DNA of 63,324 nucleotides, counting the filler, from Octopus bimaculoides (taxonomy: Eukaryota), in assembly GCF_001194135.2 (NCBI RefSeq). It is 7 parts of 6 records of this genome, joined end to end, with 100 filler letters (N's around TTAATTAATTAA, not from the genome) between each part and the next. Parts side by side here need not be neighbours in the genome. Positions count along the whole stretch, not along the records: positions 49,350 to 54,771 come from NC_068993.1; positions 54,872 to 60,497 come from NC_068988.1; positions 60,598 to 63,324 come from NC_069005.1; 4 more parts are not named here. The stretch is one strand, 5' to 3'. The notes below the pieces were generated by a model. It did no database searches and was not told the origin of the DNA. It saw only the letters and a program-made list of their open reading frames with translations. Positions 50,550 to 62,890 of the stretch are shown here, one piece after another. Numbering within the stretch: the stretch's first letter is position 1; each line of letters opens with the position of its first letter. The position numbers and the translations under genes are program-made.

Positions 50550-51424
50550 TGAAAATTAAATCTACCTGGAAAATTATTGCAGTAAGATGAAGTTGAGCTG
50601 GTCTACGAAAAATATGGAATACACATCCAATCATAAGATAAACCATTATCACTAAACCTATTACTATTCTTTAACCTTTTCATTGTAAAATAAAAAAAAA
50701 AACAGAGCTATGATCTTCTGCAAGTTATATTGCTTCCATAGTCTTGACATAACTCAACAGAAAATAGTTTCAACAAAATACAAAATGGTGTATAAAACTG
50801 CTTTCTGCAGTTAAGTGTAATGAAATTTTGAGTGGATTTATTTGATTCCCAAAGTAAATGGGTTAAGAAACTTTCTTCTTTGATTTGCCTTTTGCCTTGG
50901 ATATTTAATCTTATAATCAATAATTTGTCTATGTTGTGTCTCTAAAGACTCTAATCAATGACCTCAGTTACCATGGACATTACAGATGTTGATCATTTGT
51001 GATTGATTATTGACGGTAAATAGCAAACAACTACAACTGAAATTTAACTCAAACAAAAACGTTATTAGAGAAAATTAGCTTTGAAATTAGTCAAGATGTC
51101 TATCAAAGAATGAAATCAACAAACTTTTTAAGAGAAACTTTACTCAAAGAGTGAAGGAAAGTGGACCCTACATACAGTTACCCCTGCCCCTCAAAAGGTA
51201 ACTGAGGTAACTGTATGCTGATCCTACTCTCCTCCACCTCTTTCTTTCACCTGGATTTCAGCAGTGGTAACTTCCAGCTACTCTGGTTTATAGTCTCTCT
51301 ACACAATTCCTTTAAGCTCATCTGATGTTTTTACTATTTACCAAATTCCTCCTATCACCATCAACTATTTTATTTGATCATCTGTATTTAAGGAGACAAC
51401 TTTCTTCTTTCACCTCTCTCTCCA

Positions 51425-51780
51425 GCAGCCACCCTCTTGACCCAGGGCAGCACTACCTCTTCCAGGCACTTGATGTAGGCCTTTGTGTTGAGTGTGAGGC
51501 TGTGTGGGAAGATGAATGGAGGTATAACATCATCATCATTAGTAATCATTCCAAACACCATGATGTTAACTGGATGTTTGATTTTTATCACTTTCAGTAC
51601 ATGTCCTCAAACTGCATTGTCCTCAGATCGACACCCAAACACTCTGAAATGTTCGTATTGGAGCTTCCGGCATGAATACCAAGCAGTACAGCATGTCCTT
51701 TCCAAATTTCTAGCAGAGTGAATTGCATCATGGTGCTGTTTTTCTCACAGATGGTGCCCAACTGACCCTACTATACTGTG
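51425..51780 (-). mobile_element. Internally deleted maT/DD37D-type Tc1-mariner element
   Basis: N-terminus MMQFTLLEIWKGHAVLLGIHAGSSNTNISECLGVDLRTMQ is joined to KHPVNIMVFGMITND..PPFIFPH.L.LNTKAYIKCLEEVVLPW. Confidence 0.8.
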
Positions 51781-52301
51781 TAGTCAACAAAATCAAAAAC
51801 AAACAATGCACATGTGTGAAATTAAAAATATAAAATGGCGACAATTTACTCATCGCATCCTGTATATATAATGAATCAAGTCCCTTCCTGGCAGAACATA
51901 CCGTATATAATACTATCAGCAAAAATTTCAAGATTGCTATTAGTCACAAGATGGAGAACTTCTGGAATTTCATTAACAACTGGATACTAACTGTATAGTG
52001 AATTATATGTCCACATCTGCACTTAGCTACCAATTCAACCATATCAACACATCTATTTTATTCAATACACTGATATGTTCATTACATTCAATATACTTGG
52101 ATTTTACAAGGATTGTATGTCAATTGTTTCATTATATTGATCGTGTAGTCTATACTTGAAGTTAGCCACAAGCATTGATCCTTTGCTGTTAAAAATCAAA
52201 CCTTTTATTTCTGCCTTTAACCTAGAGCTTTTGAGTCATTGAGGACTTTTATTCTATCTTAATTCCTTATCATTTATGTTATTATTATTAAATCTGTTTA
52301 A

Positions 52302-52497
52302 AGTGGAGAGCTGACAGAATCGTTAACGTGCTCGGCAAAATGCTTCATAGTATTTCGCCTGTCTTTACGATCTAAGTTCAAATTCTATCAAGGTCAACTT
52401 TGCCTTTCATCCTTTCAGAGTTGAAATTCTGGGTTTGATGTAATCGACTAGTCACCTCCCCCAAAACTTCAGACCTTGTTCCTATAATAGAAAAGAT
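52302..52497 (+). mobile_element. SINE family A
   Basis: Head gagagctgacagaatcgtt, body and tail as in the other copies. Confidence 0.75.
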
Positions 52498-52578
52498 TAT
52501 TATTATTACTGTGACAATCATCTTTACACAGTTGCATAAAATGCATTCATCTAAAACAGCTGTTATTCTTTTCACAAC

Positions 52579-52637
<59 letters not shown>

Positions 52638-53269
52638 TAGATAGATGTAGCTATCACATATATTTTACCATAACTTACACAAACATTTGATTGAACGACA
52701 TGAAAGGCTTTGATTTTAATAATTTTTAAAGAAAAAACATCAGTTTAATAACGACAAAGTTCATTTATTAAAAATTATTATTAAAATTAATTGATACAAA
52801 GGCAGTACATTTCAACAGAAATTTGGTAGTGAAAGGGATAAAAGGGATTAGATGAGATACCTGCAAGTGGTTATTGTTCAAGGAAGAATGAACATTGAAA
52901 ATTGTTTTTCCTTGTGTTTTTGTTGTTTTACATTTGTTGGTTTGTTTTTCTACACAATTTTAATGATGCCTCCATAATTAAGTGTTAGAGGAATTTCTAA
53001 AAGCAAACAGCACAATATCTGGGTTAATTTGAAGCACTTCACCAAAATATTAACAATCTTACAAGTGACACCAGCTCTGCTCTTAGAAAGAACCATGTTT
53101 TTTTTTATTTCATTTCCCGCTTAATTTCCTGTTATTCCATTCTCAGTGTCAAAAAACTCTAATGTAGGTTTTAGGAATAACTAACAGTTACTTAGACTAA
53201 TTAGTAGGTCTGTGACAGTCTCACAATTAGATATATCATTCTATTAAGGTTGGTAAAATTTTAGAATAT

Positions 53270-53560
53270 AATTTCCCAGTGGTGGCATCACATAAAAAGC
53301 ACTAGTGATGGTGCCACCTAAAAAGCACTGGTGATGGTGCCACCTAAAAGGCATTGGTGATGGTGTTATGTAAAAAGTAACCAGTCCACACTCAGTAAAG
53401 TGGTTGGTTTTAGGTAGGGCATCCAACCATAGAAGCCATGCCTAAACAGACAATGGAGCCTGGTGCACAGGAGCCAGAGGAGCTGACAATGACCACGGAA
53501 GCCAGTCAAGGCGGTGCTGGCATCGGCCACGTTTGGATGGTGCTTTTTACATGCCAGAGC
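53270..53560. mobile_element. LINE/SINE 3' tail (RTE-like) with about 25-bp tandem units and an inverted terminal piece
   Basis: gatggtgccacctaaaaagcact x3, then gtaaagtggttgg..agggcatcca shared with 56190; 53500-53560 is in the opposite orientation. Confidence 0.55.
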
Positions 53561-53770
53561 TAAATATGCTAATCACAAAGCCACATGTCTTTACAAGCAA
53601 CTAGAAGCAGAAATATAACAGGATTACAGCTGATTGTCTTGTAATGTAACATCATTTCAGTCCAGTACTTTTATGTAATCCATCTAGTGACCTCTGTAAG
53701 ACACCAAAACCTCTTTGTGCAAAAACCTGTAGTGAATGTAATATAGCTTAACTGTTTTGTTACCACATTT

Positions 53771-54008
53771 CTGGCAGAAATGTTAGCAAACCAGGTGAAA
53801 TGTTGGCAGAGTCGTTAGCAAACCAGGCGAAATGCTTAATGGTATTTTGTCTGTTTTTCCATTCTGAGTTCAAATTCCGCCGAGGTCAACTTTGCTTTCA
53901 TCCTTTCAGGGTTGATAAATTAAGTACCAGTTGTGTACTGGGGTCGATCTAATCGACCGGCTCCCACCCCAATAATTTTGGGCCTTGTGCCAAATGTAGA
54001 AAAGAATA
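53771..54008 (+). mobile_element. SINE family A with duplicated 5' 32-mer
   Basis: tggcaga..gttagcaaaccagg(t/c)gaaatg occurs twice, followed by the standard body. Confidence 0.8.
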
Positions 54009-54370
54009 CTTCTGTTGAAAAACACTGGCTTTCTTTTAATTAATTTTAACAAAAATGAAGGATTTAATAAAATAATTTTGTCATTATTATACTAGTGTTT
54101 GAAACATAAAATAACCTGGAATTTTGACAGACAGTCTTAATTTAAATCATTTTAAACCAGAAAGTTTGTATTGTAGAATCTGGGACAGTCTTATGCAAGT
54201 TGGAATTGTAAGGGTTAATCTCTCTCTATATATTTGAGATATGCGCATGGTTAACATTAGGCTCAATGTATATTTGAGACACGTTCGTGATTTATGTTGT
54301 TCCTCGTTCTATCTTATCCTCATCATTTGTTGTAGTTATCTGCAACAGAATGGTTTGTGGACAAGCCTCC

Positions 54371-54420
<50 letters not shown>

Positions 54421-54704
54421 TTCTCAATAATGTAGGCCATTAATCATCACTGATACATGTCAAAAGGTTGATACAATGCTTGACTTGGAATAAATAAAGA
54501 AGAGAAGCTTGGCAGAGACAGTGTAAAGCAAGATTATTAAACTGACATTGGCATCTATGTTGAAGAGATGAAAATATGAAAGTGACATCAACTCCATCAC
54601 TGCTCAAGCATTCTGGTCTCCACCAATCAGTTGCATTCTTATAAACTGCTGACAGATTGTACAGAATAGAAAGGAATAAGTCTCTCCCCACACACACACA
54701 CTCA

Positions 54705-54771
<67 letters not shown>

Positions 54772-55639
54772 NNNNNNNNNNNNNNNNNNNNNNNNNNNNN
54801 NNNNNNNNNNNNNNNTTAATTAATTAANNNNNNNNNNNNNNNNNNNNNNNNNNNNNNNNNNNNNNNNNNNNATATATATATATATATATACAATGCTACA
54901 CACATATGTATGAATGTATATAGGCTGGACTCATCACACTTCGTCGCAACAAGAAGGTAAAGCATTGTAATAGTGCAATCACTAGTTTCATCTTTTCACT
55001 TTATTGATTTCCGTTCCGATCAAATCAAATGCTTCCATCAAGAAAGATTCGAGTTTATAAGCACCTGCTGTATTCCGATTTTGTTGTGATATCTTTGTAG
55101 AATTTGATTAAGTACAAGGATCCATTATTTGGGCGGTGGGGAGATTTCATTCCGCTGAAATTTCATTTACGAGAAGAATTCTGTCTTTGAGAGATTTATG
55201 GGTGAACTTCCATAAACGAATTTATTCCTCCGCTTTAGCAAATACTTTCTGCAGTTTAGCACAAAGCTCTGTGATTAGCCACAATATCAGGAATAATATA
55301 ACTAATTCTACATTTCTCGGTAGAAATCTTCTAACACAGATTTCCATGCCTTATATGCTTTATTCTGATGGTAATCTTTGAGGAAGTGCATTCATGCATT
55401 TAATAATATAATTTTTGAAATTAGATTTTTTCCTAAACGTAAACGTTAATGAAGATAAATATCATCACGTGTTGCTGAAGCATACAACAATGGCGTATGG
55501 TTCTGAGTTTACTAAGAGGTCAGGAGAGGTGATTTTGTCTGTCCACGATCACTTTTCTGCACTACCATTCAACTCTTTCTCCCTTACCTCTCCCAAATCA
55601 TGTATAATTGTTCATCCCTTATGCCCTCTCAACTCTTCT

Positions 55640-56000
55640 GCAGTTGTCACCTACACTTCCCTATCTTCTGCAGTTGTCACCCACACTCCTCTATCTACCA
55701 CACTTATCAGCTACTCGTCGCTATTTTCTCTACTTATCATCTCTTAAGATTTGTTCTTTATTGCATCCACTCTCCCACCTATTCCATAGCTCTATTTCTT
55801 ACTCCCATACACTTTTGCAAACTCTACCATCACTGCCACCACCCCACCCAACCTGCTCTCGTGTCCCTTCTCTTTTCTACTGACCCCTTACCTTGAGGAT
55901 TCACTCTGACACCCCGTCACTAGTCTTATCTCTCCCCAGCTCTACCCCAATCACTCCTACTTTCTCTTCTACAATGGGAGTTGCCATGTAGCTTCTCTGC
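55640..56000 (+). pseudogene. Decayed Penelope-like RT relic
   Basis: LRFVLYCIHSPTYSIALFL resembles LRPIVSxIxSPTYxLAKFL; LVSLLFST and YFLF.NG follow in order. Confidence 0.5.
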
Positions 56001-56109
56001 AGCAAGCAATTTCTCTTTTGGTCCCTTCTTTCTCACTTTCACTCTTCATCTTCGAGCATAATGCCAACTCTCTCTACTGTGGCCCCCACTCAATCGAAGG
56101 GAATTCTAG

Positions 56110-56320
56110 TATGGTAGGCTGCGTGGTGACCTCACAAGTATTGGAACCACGAGAAGAGAGCTCCCAGTACACACTATGTAAAGTGGTTGCCGTTAGGAAG
56201 GGCATCCAACTGTAGAAACCATATCAAAGCAGACATTAGAACACGGTGCAATCTTCGGACCCGTCAGATCCTGTCAAACCGTCCAACACATGTAAGCATC
56301 AGACAGGAACGTTAAATAAT
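56110..56320 (+). mobile_element. RTE-like 3' tail ending in (GAT)n
   Basis: gtaaagtggttgccgttaggaagggcatcca..tcaaaccgtccaac..acgttaaa followed by (GAT)n. Confidence 0.6.
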
Positions 56321-57197
56321 GATGATGATGATGATGATGATGATGACGATGACGACAACGATGAAGATGATGATGATGATGATAATGATAATGATGACGA
56401 CGACGACAACGATGAAGATGGTGATGATGACGACGGCGTGGTGATGATGATGATGATGATGATGAGGAGGAGGAGGAGGAGGAGAATTGTAGATATCATC
56501 CAACGTGCCAATGATGAAGGCCTCTACGTGGCTACTTGTCCTAGAGAGTAGAAACAACAACCAAGCATATCAACCTTATGTCACATCTTGCTGTTTAAAA
56601 CGAGAAGAAATTTATACATTCGATATATTATGCAAATATATAATGAGTGTGTAGAAGACATTAATACAGACGTGATGGTCACGACTGAACCACTGTTCGA
56701 TCATGCGACACTAAAGGGCCTTAACGACAAGAGCGAAAACAACAGCACCGACAACAACAATAGCAATAATAATTACAACAGCAACAATAATAACAAGAAC
56801 GAGAACAGCAGCAGCACCTGCAGCAGCCGCGGCACCACCGTCACAAATAATGGCATATTTAGGAAAGCTGGTACCTGTACATATTTCTCACAGCTGGGTG
56901 GAGTGAGGTGTATCTATAATTCGGTTATTCTGCAGAGAGACGCAAACACAAAGCCGGCAGCCAATATGAACTGAAGTCCCCATGAGTAGTTAATCCAATA
57001 ACGCCCTACGACCATTCTGCCAGTCTGCAAGAATCTACTTCCGAAAAAAAAAAAAGTCAATAGTGAAGAAGAGTTACGTCAACACAGTTGTGCGGTTTAC
57101 TTTCTGCGACTGAATAACAAGATCAAAGAATTCCATACAGACACACATACACACACATATACAAACATACACATACATACATGCATACACGCATATA

Positions 57198-57231
<34 letters not shown>

Positions 57232-57582
57232 TATAGTTACTATTCTGATCTCTTCTTGAGATTTTAAAACTATCTATCTATCTATCTATCTATNNNNNNN
57301 NNNNNNNNNNNNNNNNNNNNNNNNNNNNNNNNNNNNNNNNNNNNNNNNNNNNNNNNTATATATATATATATATATATATACATACATACATAAATACATA
57401 CATACATAAATACATACAAGCTCATTTACATATATATGTGTATATATATAGCATAATGCATACATACATACAAACACACAGACACACACATGAGTGTGTC
57501 TGTTTAAGTCACAATATATGGATTCACGTAATCCGGTAATACTCATAAAAAAAAGCTATTTATCTGCTATTTATAACTATAA

Positions 57583-57783
57583 GCGCAGGAGTGGCTGTGT
57601 GGTAAGTAGCTTGCCTACCAACCACATGGTTCCGGGTTCATTCCCACTGCGTGACACCCTGGGCAAGTGTCTTCTACTATAGCCTCGGGCCGACCAAAGC
57701 CTTGTGAGTGGGTTTGGTAGACAGAAACTGTTCTGTTGATCGAATAAACGGGAACGCTCGTCGCCGTAAGCTACGGAGTGCCA
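57583..57783 (+). mobile_element. Chimera: family B SINE 5' half plus family C 3' tail
   Basis: Family B sequence to acagaaactg (57730), then gttgatcg..ggaacgctcgtcgccgtaagctacggagtgcca. Confidence 0.65.
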
Positions 57784-57811
57784 GTGTATGTATAATAAGT
57801 ACTGACCTTAT

Positions 57812-58195
57812 TGTGTAGTTAAGAAGCTGGTTTCCCAACTCCGTGGTTCTGGGTTCAGCTCCACTGCGTGGCACCTTGGGCAAGTGTCTTCTGCTATAGC
57901 CACGGGCCGACCAAAACCTTGTGAGTGAATTTGGTAGACGGAAACTGAAATTAGTCCGTCGTATATATCTGTGTGTGTAAGTGCATATGAGTGTGTGTGT
58001 GCGCGCACACGTGTGTTTGAGTTTCTCGTTGTACCCCGCCACCACTTGGTGTTGGTTTGTTTACATCCTCCTAACTTAGAGGTGCAGTATAACAAGCCAA
58101 TAGAATAAGTACCATGCTTAACAAATAAGTACTGGGGTTGATTTGTTCGACTAAACTCGACAAGGTTGTGCTCCAGTATGACTGAAACATATAAG
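57812..58195 (+). mobile_element. SINE family B
   Basis: ggttcagctccactgcgtggcaccttgggcaagtgtc...gtgctccagtatgactgaaac. Confidence 0.75.
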
Positions 58196-58453
58196 AGATA
58201 AATGACATTTGTGTGTGTGTGTATGTGTGTGTGTGTGCGTGCATGCATATACATACATACATACATACATGTACATGTGCCCGATGATTGTGCTAGGACA
58301 CCAGATGAGTTAATAAAACACTGTCTGGCATGCTCTTAGTACATGAAACTAATAGTAGCATATAAATTCATATATTGTGTTTATTAAATGATATTTATCT
58401 CTCACCAGATGGAGTACTTTTAATTGTTGATCTTACCATCACGGAACAGTATA

Positions 58454-58489
<36 letters not shown>

Positions 58490-59557
58490 GTCTACGTTTT
58501 GTTTGCAATGTCCTGTACCCAGATATGCACCTATACATACAGGTGGATGTCGGTATGCACATACCTGTACGTATATATGCATATACTCATTTACTATTTG
58601 TTTTTACATGACCGAACGCAGCGACCAATCTGTAAGTAGCTTTCACAACTTTATATTTTCCGACGCTACTCTATCTCTTTCTCTTTCTCTTCCTCTTCAA
58701 TTTTTCCCCCTCTCGTTCTTCCTCTGTTTACTACTACGTATCTCTCTTTACCCCTCTCGTTCTTCCTCTGTTACTACTACGTATCTCTTTTTCCCCCCTC
58801 GTACTTCCTCTCTTCCTCTTTTCCTCTCGTTGCTCACCTATTCTTCTACTTCCTCCCTTTGTTTCTCCCTCTACCACTCTCTCTCTCTTCCCCTTACNNN
58901 NNNNNNNNNNNNNNNNNNNNNNNNNNNNNNNNNNNNNNNNNNNNNNNNNNNNNNNNNNNNNNNNNNNNNNNNNNNNNNNNNNNNNNNNNNNNNNNNNNNN
59001 NNNNNNNNNNNNNNNNNNNNNNNNNNNNNNNNNNNNNNNNNNNNNNNNNNNNNNNNNNNNNNNNNNNNNNNNNNNNNNNNNNNNNNNNNNNNNNNNNNNN
59101 NNNNNNNNNNNNNNNNNNNNNNNNNNNNNNNNNNNNNNNNNNNNNNNNNNNNNNNNNNNNNNNNNNNNNNNNNNNNNNNNNNNNNNNNNNNNNNNNNNNN
59201 NNNNNNNNNNNNNNNNNNNNNNNNNNNNNNNNNNNNNNNNNNNNNNNNNNNNNNNNNNNNNNNNNNNNNNNNNNNNNNNNNNNNNNNNNNNNNNNNNNNN
59301 NNNNNNNNNNNNNNNNNNNNNNNNNNNNNNNNNNNNNNNNNNNNNNNNNNNNNNNNNNNNNNNNNNNNNNNNNNNNNNNNNNNNNNNNNNNNNNNNNNNN
59401 NNNNNNNNNNNNNNNNNNNNNNNNNNNNNNNNNNNNNNNNNNNNNNNNNNNNNNNNNNNNNNNNNNNNNNNNNNNNNNNNNNNNNNNNNNNNNNNNNNNN
59501 NGGATGTCGGTATGCACATACCTGTACGTATATATGCATATACTCATTTACTATTTG

Positions 59558-59600
<43 letters not shown>

Positions 59601-59773
59601 GTAGCTTTTAGACGGATTCATCTTGTTCTCATTTCTCTTTACCTACGAAAACAGATGATATCAGATTGCTATAAAACTCAAACTAGAATTTCGCCGTAAT
59701 TGACAGTCTAAATAATTTACACACCGTATTTTTGGTATGAGTAAATAATTAATAAATATTTGTACACAACACA

Positions 59774-60102
59774 GTATGTAGAACAAGTAGAAAGATATAT
59801 ATTTCCAACGCGTAAATACTGAACAGTATATATAACGGATAAGATCCTTTTAAGAGCAAAAAAATTTGCCAGCATCCAGATGGAGTACTTTTTATTGTTG
59901 GTCTTACCATCACGGAACAGTACAACTACATGTGAATTGTTGGCGATTTTTTTCCTCCCTCTTCCTTTTCCCTTGAACTTTCCTCCGTCTCCTGCTGGTC
60001 GCCGACAAATTTTTCTGCTCTTAAAAGGGTTTTATCCTTTATATATACTGTTTAGTATTTACGTGTTGGAAAAAATATATCTTTCTACTTGTTCTACAAT
60101 AC
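59774..60102. repeat. Foldback element: about 100-bp inverted arms, about 130-bp spacer
   Basis: 59774-59873 is the diverged reverse complement of 60001-60102. Confidence 0.85.
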
Positions 60103-60221
60103 ATTTCAACGCTTCAAAAACATATTTATGTTTGTTTACATATGACGCAATATATATTTATGATATCTGGCGTTTCTGGTTGACTTCATAACTTCTACAC
60201 TTGCAGAAGAATTTGTCGGTC

Positions 60222-60292
60222 GGCCGTTTAGCTTAAAGGTAGAAAACTCTGACCGGATATTAGTGGGGTGTGAGTTCGATTCTCATGGCTGG
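60222..60292 (+). pseudogene. Degenerate tRNA-like sequence (tRNA pseudogene or SINE head)
   Basis: TAGCTT..GGTAGA A-box, GTTCGATTC B-box, partial acceptor and T stems; the anticodon cannot be assigned. Confidence 0.35.
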
Positions 60293-60814
60293 TTGCCAAC
60301 AAATTTATCTAAAATTTGACTAATTCCCATATATTACGCGTGTAGACAGACTGATTAAATAATTAATATAAATTTATGCGCAGCAATTAAAAATCAGCGA
60401 AGTCATTAAATTATAGTTTGTAAGTCTTTCGCTGTGACGTTTTTAAACAGTAGTAAATAGATCTTGTTATTCTCTTCGTACACAGCGGCCAGCTTCANNN
60501 NNNNNNNNNNNNNNNNNNNNNNNNNNNNNNNNNNNNNNNNNTTAATTAATTAANNNNNNNNNNNNNNNNNNNNNNNNNNNNNNNNNNNNNNNNNNNNTAT
60601 ATATATGTATTTATAAATATATATGTATATATATATGTATTTATAAATATATATGTATATATATATATATGTATGTATGTATATATATGTATATGTATAT
60701 ATGTATATAAACATACACATGCATATATTTGTTAATTTTAAACAAGTAAGTTGTTGACAGTAATTTCGAAGTACCAGGGACGATTTCTTCAACTAAACCC
60801 CTTTAAAGTTCAAT

Positions 60815-60968
60815 TAGTTGTATATTGTCAACTTAACGTGACAGTCCCCTGAAGGGAATGATACTACTGTTGTTTAGACCTAGGAAGCTGCACCGCTTCC
60901 TAGGTCTAACCAACAGTAGTATTATTCCCTTCAGGGGACTGTCACATTAAGTTGACAGTATACAACTA
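60815..60968. repeat. 154-bp near-perfect palindrome (74-bp arms, 6-nt loop)
   Basis: Arms 60815-60888 and 60895-60968 differ at 4 positions. Confidence 0.95.
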
Positions 60969-62070
60969 TTTCATCGTATCACTACTGCATAAACCTCTCT
61001 GAGAGATTTAGAAATGTATTATTTCTAAACCCTTTAAAGCTGTACCCCAGCATAAACGCAGTTCAATGACCACAAATAATAATTAAAAAAAAAGATCAGT
61101 TGACTGATATTTTCTTCTTTTATTCATCAAAACTACGGAAACAATGTTTTTACGGTAATATATCACCCACAACCGGGTTTCATACGAATTCATTTGTCTC
61201 AATTGTTTCATTAACACGGTGATACATCATTATCATTTAATGTACAGATTAATCGGTGGAGGATGGCCATGTGGTGAAGGGAATTTGCGGTCAGTTTTTC
61301 CCTACGTCCGTGTGTTAAGGTCACGCAAAGAGTCGCGTGAGAAAGTCACATCAAATCTTTTGTCCAGTGGATATATAACATGGCTGTCAGATCAACAGTT
61401 GTGAAAGATAAAATTCGCATCCCAGATTCTAGTGTTTCCCTTCTGTCCAGTGGCCGTGTGAGAAACTGTTATCTCATTTAGCCAAGGTGTGGTGATATTT
61501 TTGTGTTATATACACTGATTTAGAGAATGGTTCGGTCTCTCTTACGAAAATGTGGTCAAAGCTGTTGAAAAAAGATATGTTAGTTTTAGCTATTTTGAAT
61601 GTGTAACTGTTATGAATAACTACAGTCTAAAATTGCTGAAAAATCTCAAGTGAATAAAAAATAATTATTTGTATACTAAATTTTCACAACATCCATTCAA
61701 ATAAGTTGTTTGTGTGTCTGGGTTGTATGTTATTTTCTTTAGTTTAACGCATACGCACACGCAGAAAAAACGCACGCGGTGGAACGCATGCACACCCCCG
61801 TATACGTCTTTCTTTCTCGCTTTCTTTTTCTGCCACCTCCTTTTCTAGTCACTTATATTTGCTCTATAAATACAACAGACTTAAATGGATATTGTGAAAA
61901 TTTCGAAAACAAATGATTATTTTTTATTCGCTTGAGACTTCTCCAATTTTCACCTGTAGTTACTCATAACAGGTAAGAACTCCAATTAGTTTAACAGTAA
62001 CATTGCTTTTACAACCGTTTTGACCACATTTTGGTAAGAAGGACTGATTCATTCACTAAAACAGTATATA

Positions 62071-62535
62071 CAAGATGGTATCAAAAAGTTCCCGGACTAC
62101 TTCTGTAGCGCGCCAACAGAAGGCAGTACAGGATTGTGTGCGCAGTGAGAGCGAGCAGTGACCGTCGTGAAGCGGTGTGCCGAGTAACATTTCTGTGTTT
62201 ACTTTGAAAGTTGTGAAATTTGTGTATTTGTGATCACGTGTATACTGTAGATTGGGATTTTGTCATAGAAGGGCACAAAAAAAAAAAAGAAAACAACAAC
62301 ATGAAATATTCCATTAAACTTGGGAAGTCTGCTACAGAGACATTGAGCAGGCTTCTACAAAGTTACGCCAACCAGACATGGGTCGTACGAGATGCTTCGA
62401 GTGTCACCGGCGCTTCAAAAGCAGAACATATATGGAAGACGATGAGCGATATCGAAGACTTGCCACGAGTGGCATCGAGAATTCGTCTGGCCCTGTATGG
62501 CCAGACTGACAATGGCGAGTTCTACTGCGAAGTAA
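62071..62535 (+). mobile_element. Internally deleted mariner (DD34D-type) relic
   Basis: TA followed by TIR-like CAAGATGGTATCAAAAAGTTCCCGGACT; KYSIKLGKSATET, MGRTRCFECHRRFK..EDDER, then GQTDNGEFYCEV. Confidence 0.8.
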
Positions 62536-62601
62536 ATTATGTATATATATATGTATATATTGATATATTTGTATTGGTATGTATATACATTGATATATAT
62601 A

Positions 62602-62634
<33 letters not shown>

Positions 62635-62659
62635 CATACTTACACACACACACCATTAT

Positions 62660-62890
62660 ATATGTTAGGAACCGTCGCCTCGGAGTTAAAGTGTTGCACT
62701 TACGACTGGACGATTAGTTTCGATTGCGCCACTGCTGCCGTGCGTTCCGTTCTTGACCGAAGCACTTCATCTCACGTTGCTCTGCATCACAACACTACCT
62801 GACATGCACACGGTACGCAGCCGTACAGCTGAATATCAGTTTGATGAACGGAGTTCGTTAATGTACATCAGAAACTTTTGATCTCTGTAA
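62660..62890 (-). pseudogene. Possible Tc1-like transposase N-terminal HTH relic
   Basis: Weak resemblance (..LIVQS*VQHFNSEATV resembles IxxWVxxFxxxGTV); stops present. Confidence 0.25.

Noticed and set aside
51163-51217. 12-bp inverted repeat catacagttacc/ggtaactgtatg as the maT left TIR
   Set aside because: It does not match the right end of the element in inverted orientation.
61219-61404. ORF LIGGGWPCGEGNLRSVFPYVRVLR with an upstream acAG
   Set aside because: No recognisable family, weak donor and no partner exons.
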